DNA of 64,000 nt from Carcharhinus amblyrhynchos (GCA_965287045.1 OZ336870.1:41788001-41852000); one strand, 5' to 3'; shown: positions 11,330-24,934, counted from the stretch's first letter. The notes: generated by a model from the letters alone, not told the origin. Numbers and translations: made by a program.

Positions 11330-11493
11330 AGTTCTCTGCCTAAAGGCAGGGTCAATTCATAGTTCCATGACTTGCATCACGGGTGAGGCAAGGAGGCAGG
11401 TCCAGAATCAACCCCAACCACAACAGAGATCGCATCCCATGCTGTTGGCACCAATCTGATGCCAGCCATCCAGCCAACTGAGCCAACCAGCCC
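11330..11493 (-). mobile_element. Old tRNA-derived SINE head
   Basis: Minus strand gggctggttggctcagttggctgg...gccaacagcatgggatgcgatc has an A box and a degenerate B box. Confidence 0.5.
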
Positions 11494-11670
11494 TCCAAGA
11501 AGTCAGAGTTGCTGTGGCAACATATACTTTACATGTGGGCTGCAGTCTGGAGCTATGGATAGTGATGTAGAAGCTTCAATTTTTCTCCATCACATGGCTG
11601 AGCAGGAATCACACCCATCCTGCCATTGGAAGGATTTACAAGTTGACTTTCAATTTATTTGGCTGCATTA

Positions 11671-11969
11671 GGATGGCATGGTGGCATAGTGGTTAGTACT
11701 GCTGCCTCACAGCGCCAGAGATCCAGATTCAATTCCGGCCTCGGGTCTATGTCAAGTGTCTGCATGGGTTTCCTCTGGGTGCTCTGGTTTCTTCCCACAG
11801 TCCAAATATGTGTGGGTTAGGTTGATTGGCCATGCTAACTTGACCCTAGTGCAAGGGGGATTAGCAGGGTAAACATGTGCGGTTATGAAAATAGGGTCTG
11901 GGTGGGATTGTGGTTGCTACAGACTCGATGGGTCAAATGGCCTCCTTCTTTACTGTAGGGATTCTATGA
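11671..11969 (+). mobile_element. HE1 V-SINE
   Basis: Head, V-domain and CR1-type tail gggattctatga. Confidence 0.9.
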
Positions 11970-12189
11970 GTTTAGATATTTGGATCTGCTGATTTATTAT
12001 TGTCTATTTGTGTTTCTAATTTACAGGTCTGTCTAGGGTCATATGTTCAGTAATTAATATTAATTTGAATGAAAGATTTCAGTTATGTGGAGAAACTCTC
12101 TCCCTCTTTCTCTCTCATCAGTTACTATGCCCTAAGATAATCATCTATCGCAATGTTAATTAAGGGTTAAATATTGGGCAGGGTATCAC

Positions 12190-12637
12190 AGATAATCACT
12201 TACTCTTCTTTGCAATATGCTATGGGATTTTTTTTGCATCACCCAAGGCAGCAGATGGGGCCTCAGTTTATCATTTCATTAAAACAGCACCTCTGACAAT
12301 GCAGTTATCCTTCAGTACTGCATTGGAGTGTCAGCCATGTCACAGTGCTCAAGCCCTGCAATGGGGCTTGAATCCACTTGTAATGACTTCAATGAGGCAC
12401 ATGAGGTTGCTCTCTTAGAGTATGAGCTCCCTGATTGCCTGCCTAACCGGGGGCCTTACTTGTATATAAATGTGGGAGTATCAGGTCCAATGGCATTTCT
12501 GATTCTGACTTTAGTATCTCAACCACTCTCAGAGCAGAATAGAGTTTGCAGAAAAAGGGAATCTAATGAAGGTGCATTGGTCTCTGGGACGTTATTTCAC
12601 CACTTCTAACGAGAGCACTGCCAACTGAGCCATAGCC
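12190..12637 (-). mobile_element. DeuSINE (SacSINE1-like) interrupted by a solo LTR
   Basis: atgggatttttt...cagcacctctgacaatgcag...cagtactgcattggagtgtcagcc...ggcttgaatcc. The head resumes as gagagcactgccaactgagcc. Confidence 0.7.
12379..12599 (+). mobile_element. Solo LTR, 221 bp, with 5-bp TSD
   Basis: TG...CA termini, CCACT at 12374-12378 and 12600-12604, and an internal TATATAAA. Confidence 0.8.
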
Positions 12638-13600
12638 AGCACAGGTTTCATACACCACCAGACAGAATCTATCTATCAGCTGATCATTACTTGACTCAGC
12701 ATGATAGCAACTTTAACTGACTTGCTCACTGCCCCCCTAGTGGTTCAGTTGGTAATTACATCATTCAATGCGTAATTGAGTTGCAATGGCCAGCAAGATT
12801 CCAAGTTCACCTTTGCTGAGTTAGCTGGTCTCAGTTAGAGTATATTGAGCCCTCAAATGTTCCTGCGTTAAACAGGAAAAAGCAAAATTCAGCCCAGATT
12901 CCTGTGTAGTTCAACATAAACACAACAGCTCATGGATGCTTTCGTGTATATGTGGTTAAGGATGAGACAAGGTTTCAAAGCTTTCAGCAGCCCTTGCAGC
13001 TATTCTCTGCTCTTGTTAATAGTATGTAGAATTCCAGCTCACCTTTAATTGTAATTAAACCATAAAGCCATTGAATTCAGTGCTGAGAGCCCACACTTAA
13101 TATCACTGTTCCCAGGAACTCCAGCTGAGATTGGTCATCACTATGGAAACCGCGGCAAAGCAAAATTAGACGATATTCCAAAGTACAGCATGTTCGGAAT
13201 CTGTGTAATCACTCAACGTCCCCCATTAAACATGTGAGGGGGACACACAAAGTGCTATTTCCTCATTAGTATGCTAACATTGTCTTCCAAAATTAAATAT
13301 TTTTAAAATAGCACGATCAATTAAATTCAAAATGAATTTTGTACTAGATGTTGCAATATTATAAATGTAGCAAGTTTCAAATGTTAGTTGAGGAATGCAA
13401 CTTGTCAGGGTTGATTTTGTAGAAATTGTAATCCCCAGATGATTGAAAAATCTGTGATGCAACATAGAAGGACGAGTGAGTTAAAGGATGTGACGGTGAG
13501 AATTTATACTAATTTAGGGAAAAAGGGTATTTAAACACTCATATTTACAGTTGAGCAATTAGAAGAGGGAATGGTCATAGTTGAATCATACTTGAATCAT

Positions 13601-13745
13601 AAAAATGTGTAGGTTAGAGGGATTAGAGGGGTAAATATGTGGGGTTACAGGGATCAGATGGAGGGACCTGGGTAAGATGTGTGCCAGAGTCGATCTGGAC
13701 TTGATGGGCTGAATGGCCTCTTTCTGTCCTGTAGGCATTCTATGA
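13601..13745 (+). mobile_element. HE1 V-SINE 3' part
   Basis: ggggtaaatatgtggggttacaggg...gatgggctgaatggcctc...attctatga. Confidence 0.8.
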
Positions 13746-15429
13746 AAAATAACTAAATTCATAATAGAGAGAGATTAAAAATTGGAGATGAATTTTCATA
13801 ATGATGGAGAGGGTCTCTGGCTTCGCCAAAATGACACCGGAGCTCCAGTACCAACCTACCCTCTCCAAACCCAGCAATACCATTTTTGCTAGCGGGGGTG
13901 GGATGCAGTTTGCATATCCGTGATTCACAGAGGCATAGGTTCACATGTTAAAGTGCAGTTGCCTTCAAACAAATCCAACCATTGCTACAGGGATGTCCAC
14001 ATTAATAGGGTCCAAGCTGGCTTATGAAGCTGCAAACAAAGCGCAGAGCTTTTCTTCATTTAAGGAGTTTATTGGATTGTTTAGTTTCACAGCTCTCCTT
14101 CCACTGAACCCACTATCCTAGGTATCTCCCTTTTCTCTTTGAATAAAATGAAAATCAACAAATTGAACAAAAATGAGAGGAGGTGACAGCCCTTGGTGGG
14201 GAAGGAAAGGTCATAAATTAATTCAAAATATTATTCTTGGGAGTGATGATACCCCAGCCTCTGTGGTGTCCACCAGTCATAGAAGACCTGAAGCATGCTG
14301 ATGGAAACCGCACACTCCCTCTCCAAGGCCACCCAGCTGTGAATATAGCCATGGTAGAGGGATAGACAGTCAGGTCAGATTACCTTATCAGCCACCCACT
14401 GCCTTGCTTGATAATGACTAACTTGGCCCAGTCCAGGAGCAGACTTATGAGGTGCTCCACCCTCCTCAACCCCTCCACTCCAGATGATCCCCTTTTTAGT
14501 TGTGCTCAAAGACAATTAGTATCCATCATCTGTTTCTCTTAACAATCTAATTGACAAGACATTAAAATAGGATTTGTGGGTCATACGCTATCCAGAAGAG
14601 GTGACTGAGTTGTTTGGAGAGGTAGGGTACCTAAAAAAATCTGTGCTTCCTATTTCACTATTGACATAAGGCTGAGAGCTACCATTATAGGATTTGCACT
14701 ATATGGCTGATTCCACAAATTAACATCACTGTTCACAGTTTGACTAACAGCTCCAAGTGGTTTTATAACTGATGATGTGGGTCTCAGAATGGCATGGCAA
14801 GAATGGGTCAAATTGACTCCTTCTGTGCTGTAACTTTTCCATGGCTCTAAGTTTGTTTTTATAAGGGATTAAGCACTTGATTGAAAATAAATATTTTGGT
14901 TTTCATGAATGAGAGCATCTATTTTAAATAGGGGAGTTTGGAGGCATGGGGTGGCAGTGAGTGTACAGGGTGAGCCTGGAGAACATTTTTAATTTTATTG
15001 CATTTTTAACAGCACGGTGTTCACACATCACACCTCCATAGCTGCCAGTCTCTCTGGCCACTTCCAAATTCTTTTCAAAGCCTGACCCACTCTCCTGGAA
15101 TGAAAATCCAATTGTCCAGGACATTTTCTCCTGAGTTGGGTTTGCTAGGCAAAGAATTTTCCCAACACTGCGCTCCCCACTCAAGATCAAAAATTCAGGG
15201 CTAAGGTTATTTTAATTTGCTTGTGTAGGGGTGAGAAAGAAGTGAATCTAAGTTGGACAGAACTCACAATGCAGTATATTATGTACTATCCGTTGGAAGT
15301 GATTTGTTCAATGCCCTAATTCATTTCATCATCTCACACTTCTGTGAGTTGTTACGCCAGGTATCTCATACAAAGCTGAAACACAATTGAAAGTGAACTT
15401 GTTCAATTTGGTTAACAAAATAATTAAAG

Positions 15430-16075
15430 ATACTAAAGTCTGAGATCACATACTAAGTGACTCAAGAACAGTTTCTTCCGTGCTGCCATCAGACTTTTAA
15501 ATGGACCAACCAAATATGAAGCTGATCTTTCTTGACATACTAGCTATGACTTTAAAACTACACTCTGCACCCTCCTTTCCTTCTCCCAGATGTACTCTAT
15601 GAATGGTATACTTTGTCTGTCTAGGATGAAAGAAACAATACCTATCACTATATTCACTGGAGAGGCAATGGCCCAGTGGTATTATCACTTGACTTTTAAT
15701 CCAGAAACTCAGCAAATGTGCTGAGGACCTGGGCTCAAATCCCACCGAAACAGATAGTGGAATTTGAAATCAATTTTTTAAAATCTGGAATTAAGAATCT
15801 ACCGATGACCTTGAAACCACTGTCAGTTATTGGAAAAAACCCACTGGTAATGTCCTTTAGGGAAGGAAATCAGCCGTCCTTACCTGATTTGACTGACGTG
15901 ACTCCAAAGCCACAGCAATGTGGTTGATTCTCAACTGTCCTCTGAAATGACTGAGTAAACCACTCAGTTCAAGTAATTAGGGAAGGGTAATAAATCCTGG
16001 CCAGCCAGCAACACAGGTGCCCCATAAATGAATAAAATACTATCCCAGTACATACAATGATAATAAGTCAAATAG
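15430..16075 (+). mobile_element. Rex1/Babar LINE 3' end interrupted by a family C SINE
   Basis: Collinear with 31740-31988 (ctcaagaacagtttcttcc...cagacttttaaatggac). The tail resumes as tatcccagtacatacaatgataataag at 16041. Confidence 0.7.
15660..16038 (+). mobile_element. Family C tRNA-headed SINE, full length
   Basis: A box tggcccagtgg, B-box-like gggctcaaatcc, and LINE-X tail aattagggaagggtaataaatcctggcc...aatgaataaaa. Confidence 0.85.
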
Positions 16076-18300
16076 TAATAATAAGTTTATTAATTTCTAT
16101 GATTTTTTCTAATTACTGTCTTGTATTTCCTACTTTAACCTTAAACTTAATGCAAACAAATACCTAAGCTTCTTAAATTGGAGGTATCAAGGAAATCATA
16201 ACACTGGAAACTTGGAATGCAAAAAAAAGTTGAAAATTTGGAATCTGTTAAGAGAAATTAAATCCTGTTTGTGAAAATCCATTTGTGAATTTGAACTCTT
16301 GATATCCACCTGTCCTCCCCCCTTGCACTCTGTTTTCTTGGCTAAATTAGCCAGTCTTACGTAAAGGGGGCTTCTGTAATCTGACTATGCTGAAGATCCC
16401 AATGTGAAATAAAAGTAGAAAATACTATTTTTATCTCAGATATTAGGAAAATCCACAGAAGTTTTTTTGCTTTTGTGCCCATCTGAAATGTTAACTTGAG
16501 TGTTAATAGAAATGTTAACAGATGATCGATCAATGCACAAGGGCAATTTTCATTAGAGCAAAGCAATGTGATAGAATTGTTTAAGGTAGATAGAAGCAGA
16601 CTGGCTCTTGCACTAAGGACTATAGCTATGAGATTAATGTGAAAGATTTAGAATAGAAAGTAAGAGGTATTTCTGTATACTTCAGTGATCAAGGATCTAT
16701 GCCAACATTCAACATTTGATTGCATAAGTGAACGAAGGAAAAGGGGATAAGGAATGGGAATAAAGGGATATATGCATTGGATGGATAAATGTGATTGGGA
16801 AGGTAAATGCTGACATGGACTGATAGGAATGAATGGCCTTTTACCACATTCTAGGATTGACCCGTTCCTACGTATTTCCAGCACTTTATTTTAACTCGAA
16901 GTCCAATTAAGGTTATGCAGTAATTTGGGAGCTTATTACACGTTCACATACATTTTATGATAACTGATTTCCTATTTAGAAGTTCAGACTGATGTTTGAA
17001 TGCCCACTGTTGCCTAGTTACCCACCATTCAGAGAGGAGGCAGTTTCCCATTAATCCTAGGGTTAAACCTTTTCCACTGCAATGCGTCCACGCAGTCAAG
17101 GTAGTTGAAGATCTAATACTGTGAATTATGATTAAGCTTGTTATCTCCATGAAAAAATATCAAACTGAGAAGTGGCAGATATTTTAAATATCTCTACTAA
17201 ATGAACTACAGAACATAATGATTTTGGCAATGCCATTCTCTCTCCCCCCACCACCCTCACCCCAATGCGTGTGGAATGCCATCGGTCACAACATCCGCTT
17301 TTTATCTTCGTCCTGCTGGCTGTCATTAAGTGACTCACTGCCTGAGTCTGGCACACCTCAAGAAGACATTGGGCTTTGCGTAAAGGTGAGGCTGTCATTC
17401 CAGTAAATCTGCCGACTGCCTCCAAATGTCACCCGGAAAATGTCACATATGATTTGCATGCATTAGGCAGGTAACGGATGACAAGAATGCAAAACCTCCT
17501 AAATGATTAATGATTTTAGGGTCATTCTTTTAAATTGTTTCAATGGTCTATAGTAATTCTAGCGACACTAAGCCAGATATCTGTATCTGTTATGACAAGG
17601 CAATGAAAATGCCAGACTCTGTCATCTGAATAATAAATGAATCTCGGATTTGTCAATCACCCGTGTCCTGTATAAGCTCTCCCCACCAAAATCGTTCATA
17701 TATACTTTGAAAATCTTAATAGTAACAATTTTACACATGTATATGGTGACTAAGGATATATTTTCAAAATGAATATATTCAAACTAAAATATTGCAGTTA
17801 CATAGAGATGAACATAATGGTAATTTTCTTCAATGGTACACGTGGGGAGTCATTTTGTGAGGTTCTCTTCCCCTACAGACAGACTCACTAGATAGGAGCG
17901 TAAGTCCTATAACTGCTATTTCAGTGTTAAAGTCATAACATCACTCAAGGTGCCACGCAGATATTTGTCACATTGGGAGTGGAGCTGAGCAAAAATACTT
18001 CAGTCATCCGGAATATTCTGGAAAATACAGTCTTCAGTGTGTAAGTTAAGCCTCTCTAACCAATATAAATTTTAAAAATATTAACCAGTCAAAAAGAAGA
18101 ATCGGCCTTTAATTTTTTTTGTTACTCCCAAATTAATTTCTTTGACCTTTGTCTTCAATTTTCCTTTTGCAACATTGCTGGTTTTCTATTTTCATGTTTG
18201 CAGAATGCTTACTGTCTCGCAGCCTGTAGTGAGAAGACGACTCACAATACATGGGTTTGAAAGTTTATGAAGCGCAGGGGGCAGTGGTATTAAACACAGT

Positions 18301-18512
18301 TTGTTCCAGACACTCACACCGTCTGTGTGAAAAAATTAACACTCAGGATTCTTTTGTATCTCTCCCCTCTCATCTTAAATCTAAGCCCTCTAGTTTTAGA
18401 CTCCCCTACCTTTGGGAAAAGGTATTGACTTTAGTGTTAGTGTTTAATGTTTGACTTTAGGAGAGGAACCTGATGTAAGGAGTCTCTGTTGCTTCTCTGT
18501 GCCTGGGAAATG
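18301..18512 (+). repeat. Direct duplicate of 19542-19753 (CR1 piece plus unique flank)
   Basis: Collinear, high-identity match including ggagaggaacctgatgtaaggagtctctgttgct. Confidence 0.9.
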
Positions 18513-18659
18513 TTACAACTTGGCAAATTCACCACTGATGGCTTTGCTGAGAGTTTTCATGGTGCAGCGTGCGTGACATGTGCTGTGCATGAAAGGAAGG
18601 ACCATGCATCTTTGTTGCATTGAGCCATTTATTTGGTTTGTTTGACCATGGGGCACCAG

Positions 18660-18945
18660 GGCACCATGGCTAACATGAGGGGACATAGCTTTAAATTGAG
18701 GGGTAATAAATATAGGACGGATGTCAGAGATAGGTTCTTTACTCAGAGGGTAGTAAGGGCGTGGAATGCCCTGCCTGCAGCAGTAGTGGACTCGCCAACT
18801 TTAAGGGCGTTCAAACGGTGATTAGATAGGCATATGGATAATATCGGAATAGTTTAGGTTAGAGGGTCATTAGATTGGTTCCACTGGTCGGCGCGACATT
18901 GAAGGCCGAAGGGCCTGTACTGCGCTGTAATGTTCTATGTTCTAG
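18660..18945 (+). mobile_element. CR1 LINE 3' end
   Basis: RGHSFKLRGNKYRTDVRDRFFTQRVVRAWNALP. Ends gttctatgttcta. Confidence 0.9.
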
Positions 18946-19361
18946 GTTTAGCTTTAGTCCGAAAAGCAGGTGAGTACATAGAGAGCCTGTCTCTCAGAGT
19001 AAGAAAGATAGTTGATGAAAAAAATAAATCAACCTTCCTGCTTAATCCGCACTGTATTCTGGCACTCCTGGAGATCTTCCAATCTGCAGGGATCCTGGCG
19101 AAGATCTTCATTTTGCGTTTCTGCAGAGGATTACTGGGATATGAGCCAAATGCAGGCAATTTGGATTAGCTGGGAGGGCACTATGGTCAGCATGGACCTG
19201 TTGGGTCAATAGACCTCGTACTGTGCTTTATTGCTTCAGGATTCTGTGACTCTGAGTCTTTCCATTGAAATGCATTAGTGAAGCAGGAATCAGGAAACTG
19301 CATTCTGTTGCAAACACTGGGCTTACCAAAGGCAAAGTCTCACTAAATCCTGGGGCACGAG

Positions 19362-19670
19362 TAGGAGTCATAGAGGTTACAGCATGGAAACAGGCCCTTC
19401 AGCCCAACTTGTCCATGCCACCCATTTTTTTAACTCCTAAGCTAGGTCCAACTGCCCATGTTGGCCCATATCCCTCTATACACATTGTAATGCTTTTTAA
19501 AAGATAAAATTGTACCCGCCTCTACTACTACCTCTGGCAGCTTGTTCCAGACACTCACTACCCTCTGTGTGGGAAAATTGCCCCTCTGGATCCTTTTGTA
19601 TCTCTCCCCTCTCACCTTAAATCTAAGCCCTCCAGTTTTAGATTGTCCTACCTTTGGGAAAAGATATTGA
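19362..19670 (-). mobile_element. CR1 LINE 3' end
   Basis: catagaggttacagcatggaaacaggcccttcagccc...ccctctgtgtgggaaaa. Confidence 0.8.
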
Positions 19671-20677
19671 CTTTAGTGTTAATGTTTAATGTTTGACTTC
19701 AGGAGAGGAACCTGATGTAAGGAGTCTCTGTTGCTTTCTGTGCCTGGGAAATGCTGCTATCTCATGCAAAATGAAAAGAAAAATCCAGCATCATATCTGA
19801 GCAAGAACAGAATGCCAGGTGATAACAGGAAATGAGTACAAATGTTAATAGTCCATATAAAAGTCCCAGTAATGCCCTCCTCTCAAAAGACAAGCGAAGA
19901 GAGTCGCTAAATTGTAAAGAATCAAGAAGACTGAGACATAATCCTACAGTCCTGATTAACTTTTTCTACTGGCCTCGTCCAACAATACTTCAATGTGATA
20001 AGGTCCGACAAAGTCTGCACCAGTTTGTAATAGTTCAGCCACAGCAATACACAATGGAATCCTCTTAACAGGAACTTGCTCTTAATCAAATTTGCTGTTA
20101 TGAGGAATTCACCTTTCCACTGTTATTGATCCAGAATCCGGTGCTCACAGTTGGGATAAATTGCTCTTCAGCCACATGCCTTTAATACATCGTTTGGTAT
20201 TAAATCAGGTGTCAAATTTGATTTTGAATCCAATGCCCTTGGGCCTGCCAGCTTCAAAGACAGCCCGTTTACACGCAGATGGTTTCCAAAGCTGGCATAC
20301 ACCAAAAACAAAGCTGCCATTTATTGTTCATTAGTTCATTCCATGGCTTGTTCATACACCGATGTCCTGCAACTTATTTTGCCTGACTGCATCCCCCCCC
20401 ACCCCCGCCACCCCAGGGATGAAGAGGATTTTAAGTTTAGTTCCTGCAGTTCTTTGAGCTTTTACAATTCAGATCCAATCAATGAAAATAATGCTTATAC
20501 ACTGATGTCTTAGAGATGTACACTGAGTTGTTCAGGGTGGATGTGCATGGGCAACATTGGACAACAATGGTAGTTGAGGAGGTTAAACTCATATGTTCAG
20601 ATCCCCCCACTGCCTTGCTCTATAAATCCCTCTAGTACTCTGTCCCTCCAAAAACTGCATTCCTTCTTTGAGCTATA

Positions 20678-22099
20678 GGGGGTGATCTTACCATTGCGTC
20701 CCACCGGCCGATGGGTGGGGTAAAGATGGTAAGATCATAGGAGAGCTGAGAGATCAGGTTTGCAACCGATTTCTCGCCTCTCGTGATCTTACCCTCACCG
20801 GATATCTGGCATGTTCAGAGTATGTTATTCAAATGAATTTTAATTTTAATGTAGTTAGTGTGCCCAGGATGCAATTGTGACAAAGATCAGCTGTAGCAGC
20901 CGAGGCAATGACAGGTCTCTGTGCTCTCAGGACACAGAAACCTGCCAATGTGCAATGGCGCCCAGAAGGTGTGATTACAGGGGATTGGAGGTAGAGTACT
21001 CGATTGGATTGAGGATTGGCTGTCTGACAGAAAACAGAGGGTAGGGATCAATGGGTCCTTGTCTGGCTGGCGAAATGAGCTGCAGGGGTCAGTCCTTGGA
21101 CTTCAACTGTTCACAATCGATATAAATGATCTGCAAGCAGAGACAGAGTGTAACATAGCAAAATTTGCAGATGATACTAAAATAGATGGGAAAAAAATAG
21201 AAAGGCAAATTATTATTTAAATGGAGAGGAAATTCAAAATACACCCCAGCAGAGGGATCTGAGTGTCAATGTTTAGGATTCGCAGAAAGTCAGTAATAAA
21301 GGGAAATGGGATGTTGACATTTATTGCAAAAGGACTGGAGTATAAAAATCAATATATATTGTTGCAGTTGTTGGTGTTGGTGAAATCACATATGGAATAT
21401 TGTGTTGAGTTTTGGTCTCCTTATCTGAGGAAGGATGTGGTGGCATTAGAGGCAGTTCACACGAGGTTCACCGGATTGATTCCAGGGTTGACAAATGAGG
21501 AGAGATTAAACAGTTTGGGCTTGTATTCGCTGGAGTTTAGAAGGATAAGGGGATCTGATTGAGGTATATAAAATTTTAAAAGGGATTGATGAAGTAAATG
21601 CAGACCAAATGTTTCCTCTTATTGGGCAATCTCGGACAAGAGGTCTCAGGTTTGGGTTGAGAGATAATAGATTTAAAACTGAGATGAGGAGGACTGCTTC
21701 TGGCAGGGGGTGGTGAATTTGTGGAACTCACTGCCCCATAGCGGGATGGAGTCTGAATCATTGAATGGTTTCAGGAGCGAGATAGATATATTTATCATGA
21801 GAAAGGGAGGTGGATTTGACACCAGCGAGAGTTCAGCCATGATCTGATTGACCAGGCTCGAAGGGCTGAATTGCCTACTTCTGCTCTTGATTCTGATGTT
21901 CCCATATTCACCCTCTGCTGCTATCAGCTGGCTTTTGGGTGATTTAGGCCTCGCCCACTCCCCCTACTGGGGAATTTCAAGTTTGTCAAGATGCTTTTGC
22001 CAGAGGGTGGTGAGATTCGACTCAAGTCTCCCCAGGAACGGACCTCTCCTGTTTTCACACTCATTTGACACTTGGAATTTTTTTGGCAAGATCCCCCCC
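20678..22099. mobile_element. PIF/Harbinger-like MITE with a nested CR1
   Basis: 15-bp imperfect TIRs gggggtgatcttacc and ggcaagatccccccc, 3-bp TSD ATA/ATA, and a right part homologous to 47338-47600. Confidence 0.7.
20979..21900 (+). mobile_element. CR1 LINE, 5'-truncated, degenerate RT and 3' end
   Basis: aaatttgcagatgatactaaa = KFADDTK. The ORF contains HMEYCVEFWSPYLRKD...EERLNSLGLYSLEFRR. Confidence 0.9.
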
Positions 22100-22154
22100 A
22101 TAGAGTCATATAGCGTGAACAGGCCCTTGGCCCATTGTGTCTGCACCAACAATA

Positions 22155-22415
22155 AGTGTCCCCTTTGCCGCACCATTGGTGGCCGTGTCTTCAACAATCT
22201 AAGGGTAAGTTCTGGAATTACTTCCTTGCCCAAATTCCTTTGCCTCTCCACCTCTCTCTCCTTGTCCTCCTTTAATACTCTTTAAAATGTACTTTTTTGA
22301 CAAATTGTTTGCTTTCTTGCCCTTCTGCTTCCTTTTTAGACTGTGTGTATTTTTTGTCTGATCACTTTCTTTTGAAGCATATTGGAATGCTAAATGCATA
22401 CTATAAAAGCAAATG
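22155..22415 (+). mobile_element. L2 LINE 3' end; 5' part at about 20590-20670, split by the MITE
   Basis: caccattggtggccgtgtcttca = TIGGRVF, followed by an L2-like tail ...tactataaaagcaaatg. Confidence 0.55.
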
Positions 22416-22959
22416 CTTTTTCATGTGAAATCTTCTTTTTGCTGTGCAGAGGTACAAATTGCCAAGCCTGGATACAAAGCAAATTATGGGGATGGGAGGT
22501 TGAAGAGATATTTGGAGGAACTGCAGATTGTATTTTTAGTGGGTGGGATCCAAGAGTGAATCTTTTGCAATGATTCCATTGTGAATGTGCTCTCAAACAC
22601 AGAGCTGTTTCAGCAGTAAATCCGACCTCTGTGGTGTGGTCGAGTCTCTGTATCTCCATGAGTAGATGCACTAGGTCATTCATTCCTCTATAAGGGCAGC
22701 AGATTCTGCAAATTAGCACATAAATTCAATGTTCTGTTGCAATGCAAAAGGCAGCATAAGTACAGTAATCTATAAAATGCAGCCACTTCTTATTTTGAAA
22801 AGCAAAGCTAACTTCATTAGGCAGCTAAAGGCAGCACATTAAGAGAATCCTTGAGCCGTGACCATACGTACTAATGAAACTAACTTTTCTTCACCTTTTC
22901 TGAAAAGTGTCTTCAGACATTCAAGCGCTTTTGTCATGCAACTGTGGGTGATTTATAGT

Positions 22960-24035
22960 TGACTAGCGTAATAGGCTACAGGGCAAAAAGTAGATATAGG
23001 AAACGGCACAAAATCTGAATTTAGTTGGTGAAGGTTAAAATCAGAGAAACTTTATTGGGATTATATTACAGACAGCTAAATATTGGATAAGGGATTCAGG
23101 GAGAGAATAGTCATAAATTAGAGACAATGCAAGAACAACATGGGCATAATAATAGGGAGAAATTAATTACACAAAAACGGGCTGTATCTAAAGCAAAAAA
23201 AAAATAGCAGGTGCTACAGTCCAAGACACCTTTCTAGAACTGTATGTTTTTAGTCCAACAAGAAAATAGGCAGCTGGATCCAGCTGTAGGAAATGAAGAT
23301 AGGCTAAGGGTAGGGGAATGTCTCAGAAACAGCAACCATAACATAATTAGTTTGATATGGAAAAGGAGATGGAACGGCTGAAGATAAAAATCCTTCACTG
23401 GAAAAGCCAATTTCAGTGCAATAAAAAGGAAATGGGTCCTGATAAATTGGAGAGAAAATGGTAGATAAGACAACGTGTAAACAATGAGAGAAGTGCAAAT
23501 AGGAGAAGATTGAGGTATAGAAAAGAAATATTCTGCAAAGTGAAAACATGGTGCAGCAAGAGCTTGAGCTCCATGGACGAGTATAGAAATAAGATGGGAC
23601 TAAAAGGCATATGACAAAATCTAGTCCTAATAATAGAACAGACAATCAAACAAAATATAAACGCGCAAAGCCAAAGGAAAAAACAAGACCAAGCAGACTG
23701 TAAAACAATTCTGGCAAGTAACAGGGAAATAGTAAACACATAAAAAGAAATATAATAGAGTGGGGCCAATTAAATATGAAAAAGCAAATCTTATGGAGGA
23801 TGAAGGAATAGAAGCAATGCTAAATGAACAATTTGCCTCACGTTTCACGGAAGAGAGAATGAAAGGATGCAAGCAAGGTGGTGCAATAGGATAACTACAG
23901 ATAATGAAAAAGCATTGAAAAAAGAAATGGTGGAATTTATAGTATACATTCAAGCATGGTCGGGAAAGAAATAGCAGAGGCTTTGATCACAATCTTTTAA
24001 ACATCCTTAGATATGGAAGTTGTGCCAGAGGACCA
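22960..24035 (+). mobile_element. CR1 ORF2 endonuclease/linker fragment, highly degenerate
   Basis: A-rich strand. Ends IAEALITIF*TSLDMEVVPED, the CR1 pre-RT motif. Confidence 0.65.
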
Positions 24036-24480
24036 AAGAGTAACTATTGGGCTTCGGGGTCTGTTGCACATAACATCTTGGGTTCAGTGGCGTCAGTCAC
24101 CTCTGTAGGCAGTCTGAAAATCTTATTTTCATGGGCCATTGTCTCACATTCAGTGCACAGCAGCTTAACTCAGGGGTGAAATAAACATGTCCTCTCTCCG
24201 CCTGTGACTTTTATCTGGAAATGCATGACTTTAGCACAAATCCTTCTTCAAACCATTTGAAGGTGGATTTTATTTCCTGGCGGTTGGATCATCTCTGATG
24301 AGGAATAACTCTATAGGCAAGTAATGTGGAACTCCATTAGCAAACTGAAGCCATGCTTTATGCTAATTCTTCTGGTATTAACTTCATCAATCATCATATT
24401 GCGCATTGATTTGTGAGGTGTTGCACTTTCCTCATCCACTAGGACTTGCTTTCTTCCATTTCCACAGCATCAAGTATGTA

Positions 24481-24700
24481 TGTTCTCCCCATGTCTGCAT
24501 GGGTTTCCTCTGGGTGCTCCAGTTTCCTCCCACAATCTGAAAGATCTGCTGGTTAGGTGCATTGGCCATGCTAAATTCTCCCTCAGTGTACCTGAACAGG
24601 TGCCAGAGTGTTGCAACTAAAGGAATTTCACAACAACTTCATTGCAGTGCTAATGTAAGTCAACCTGTAACATTAATAAACAAACTTTACAAAACTTTCA
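24481..24700 (+). mobile_element. V-SINE tail type B, 5'-truncated
   Basis: V-domain plus taaattctccctcagtgtacc...cttcattgcagtgctaatgtaag. Confidence 0.85.
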
Positions 24701-24934
24701 ACTTTAGTCTCTTCTCTCTGCTACTAAAACCATAATCAGCATTTTCATCACTTGATCTCACTAAGGTTTCAAATCATCCAAAATACCACAGTTTGAATCC
24801 TTGTCTACACAAAATCAAACTGTTCTATTACTGCTGTGCACTCCCAGCTCCAATGTATCCATAGTACTACAATTCTGTGCCTACGTGTGTACTCTGTCTT
24901 TGAACACAACACCTTACCCCTCACCCTGCACATA

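Noticed and set aside
12735-12990. Possible ancient SINE (tgctgagttagctggtctcag)
   Set aside because: Too degenerate to assign a family or boundaries by eye.
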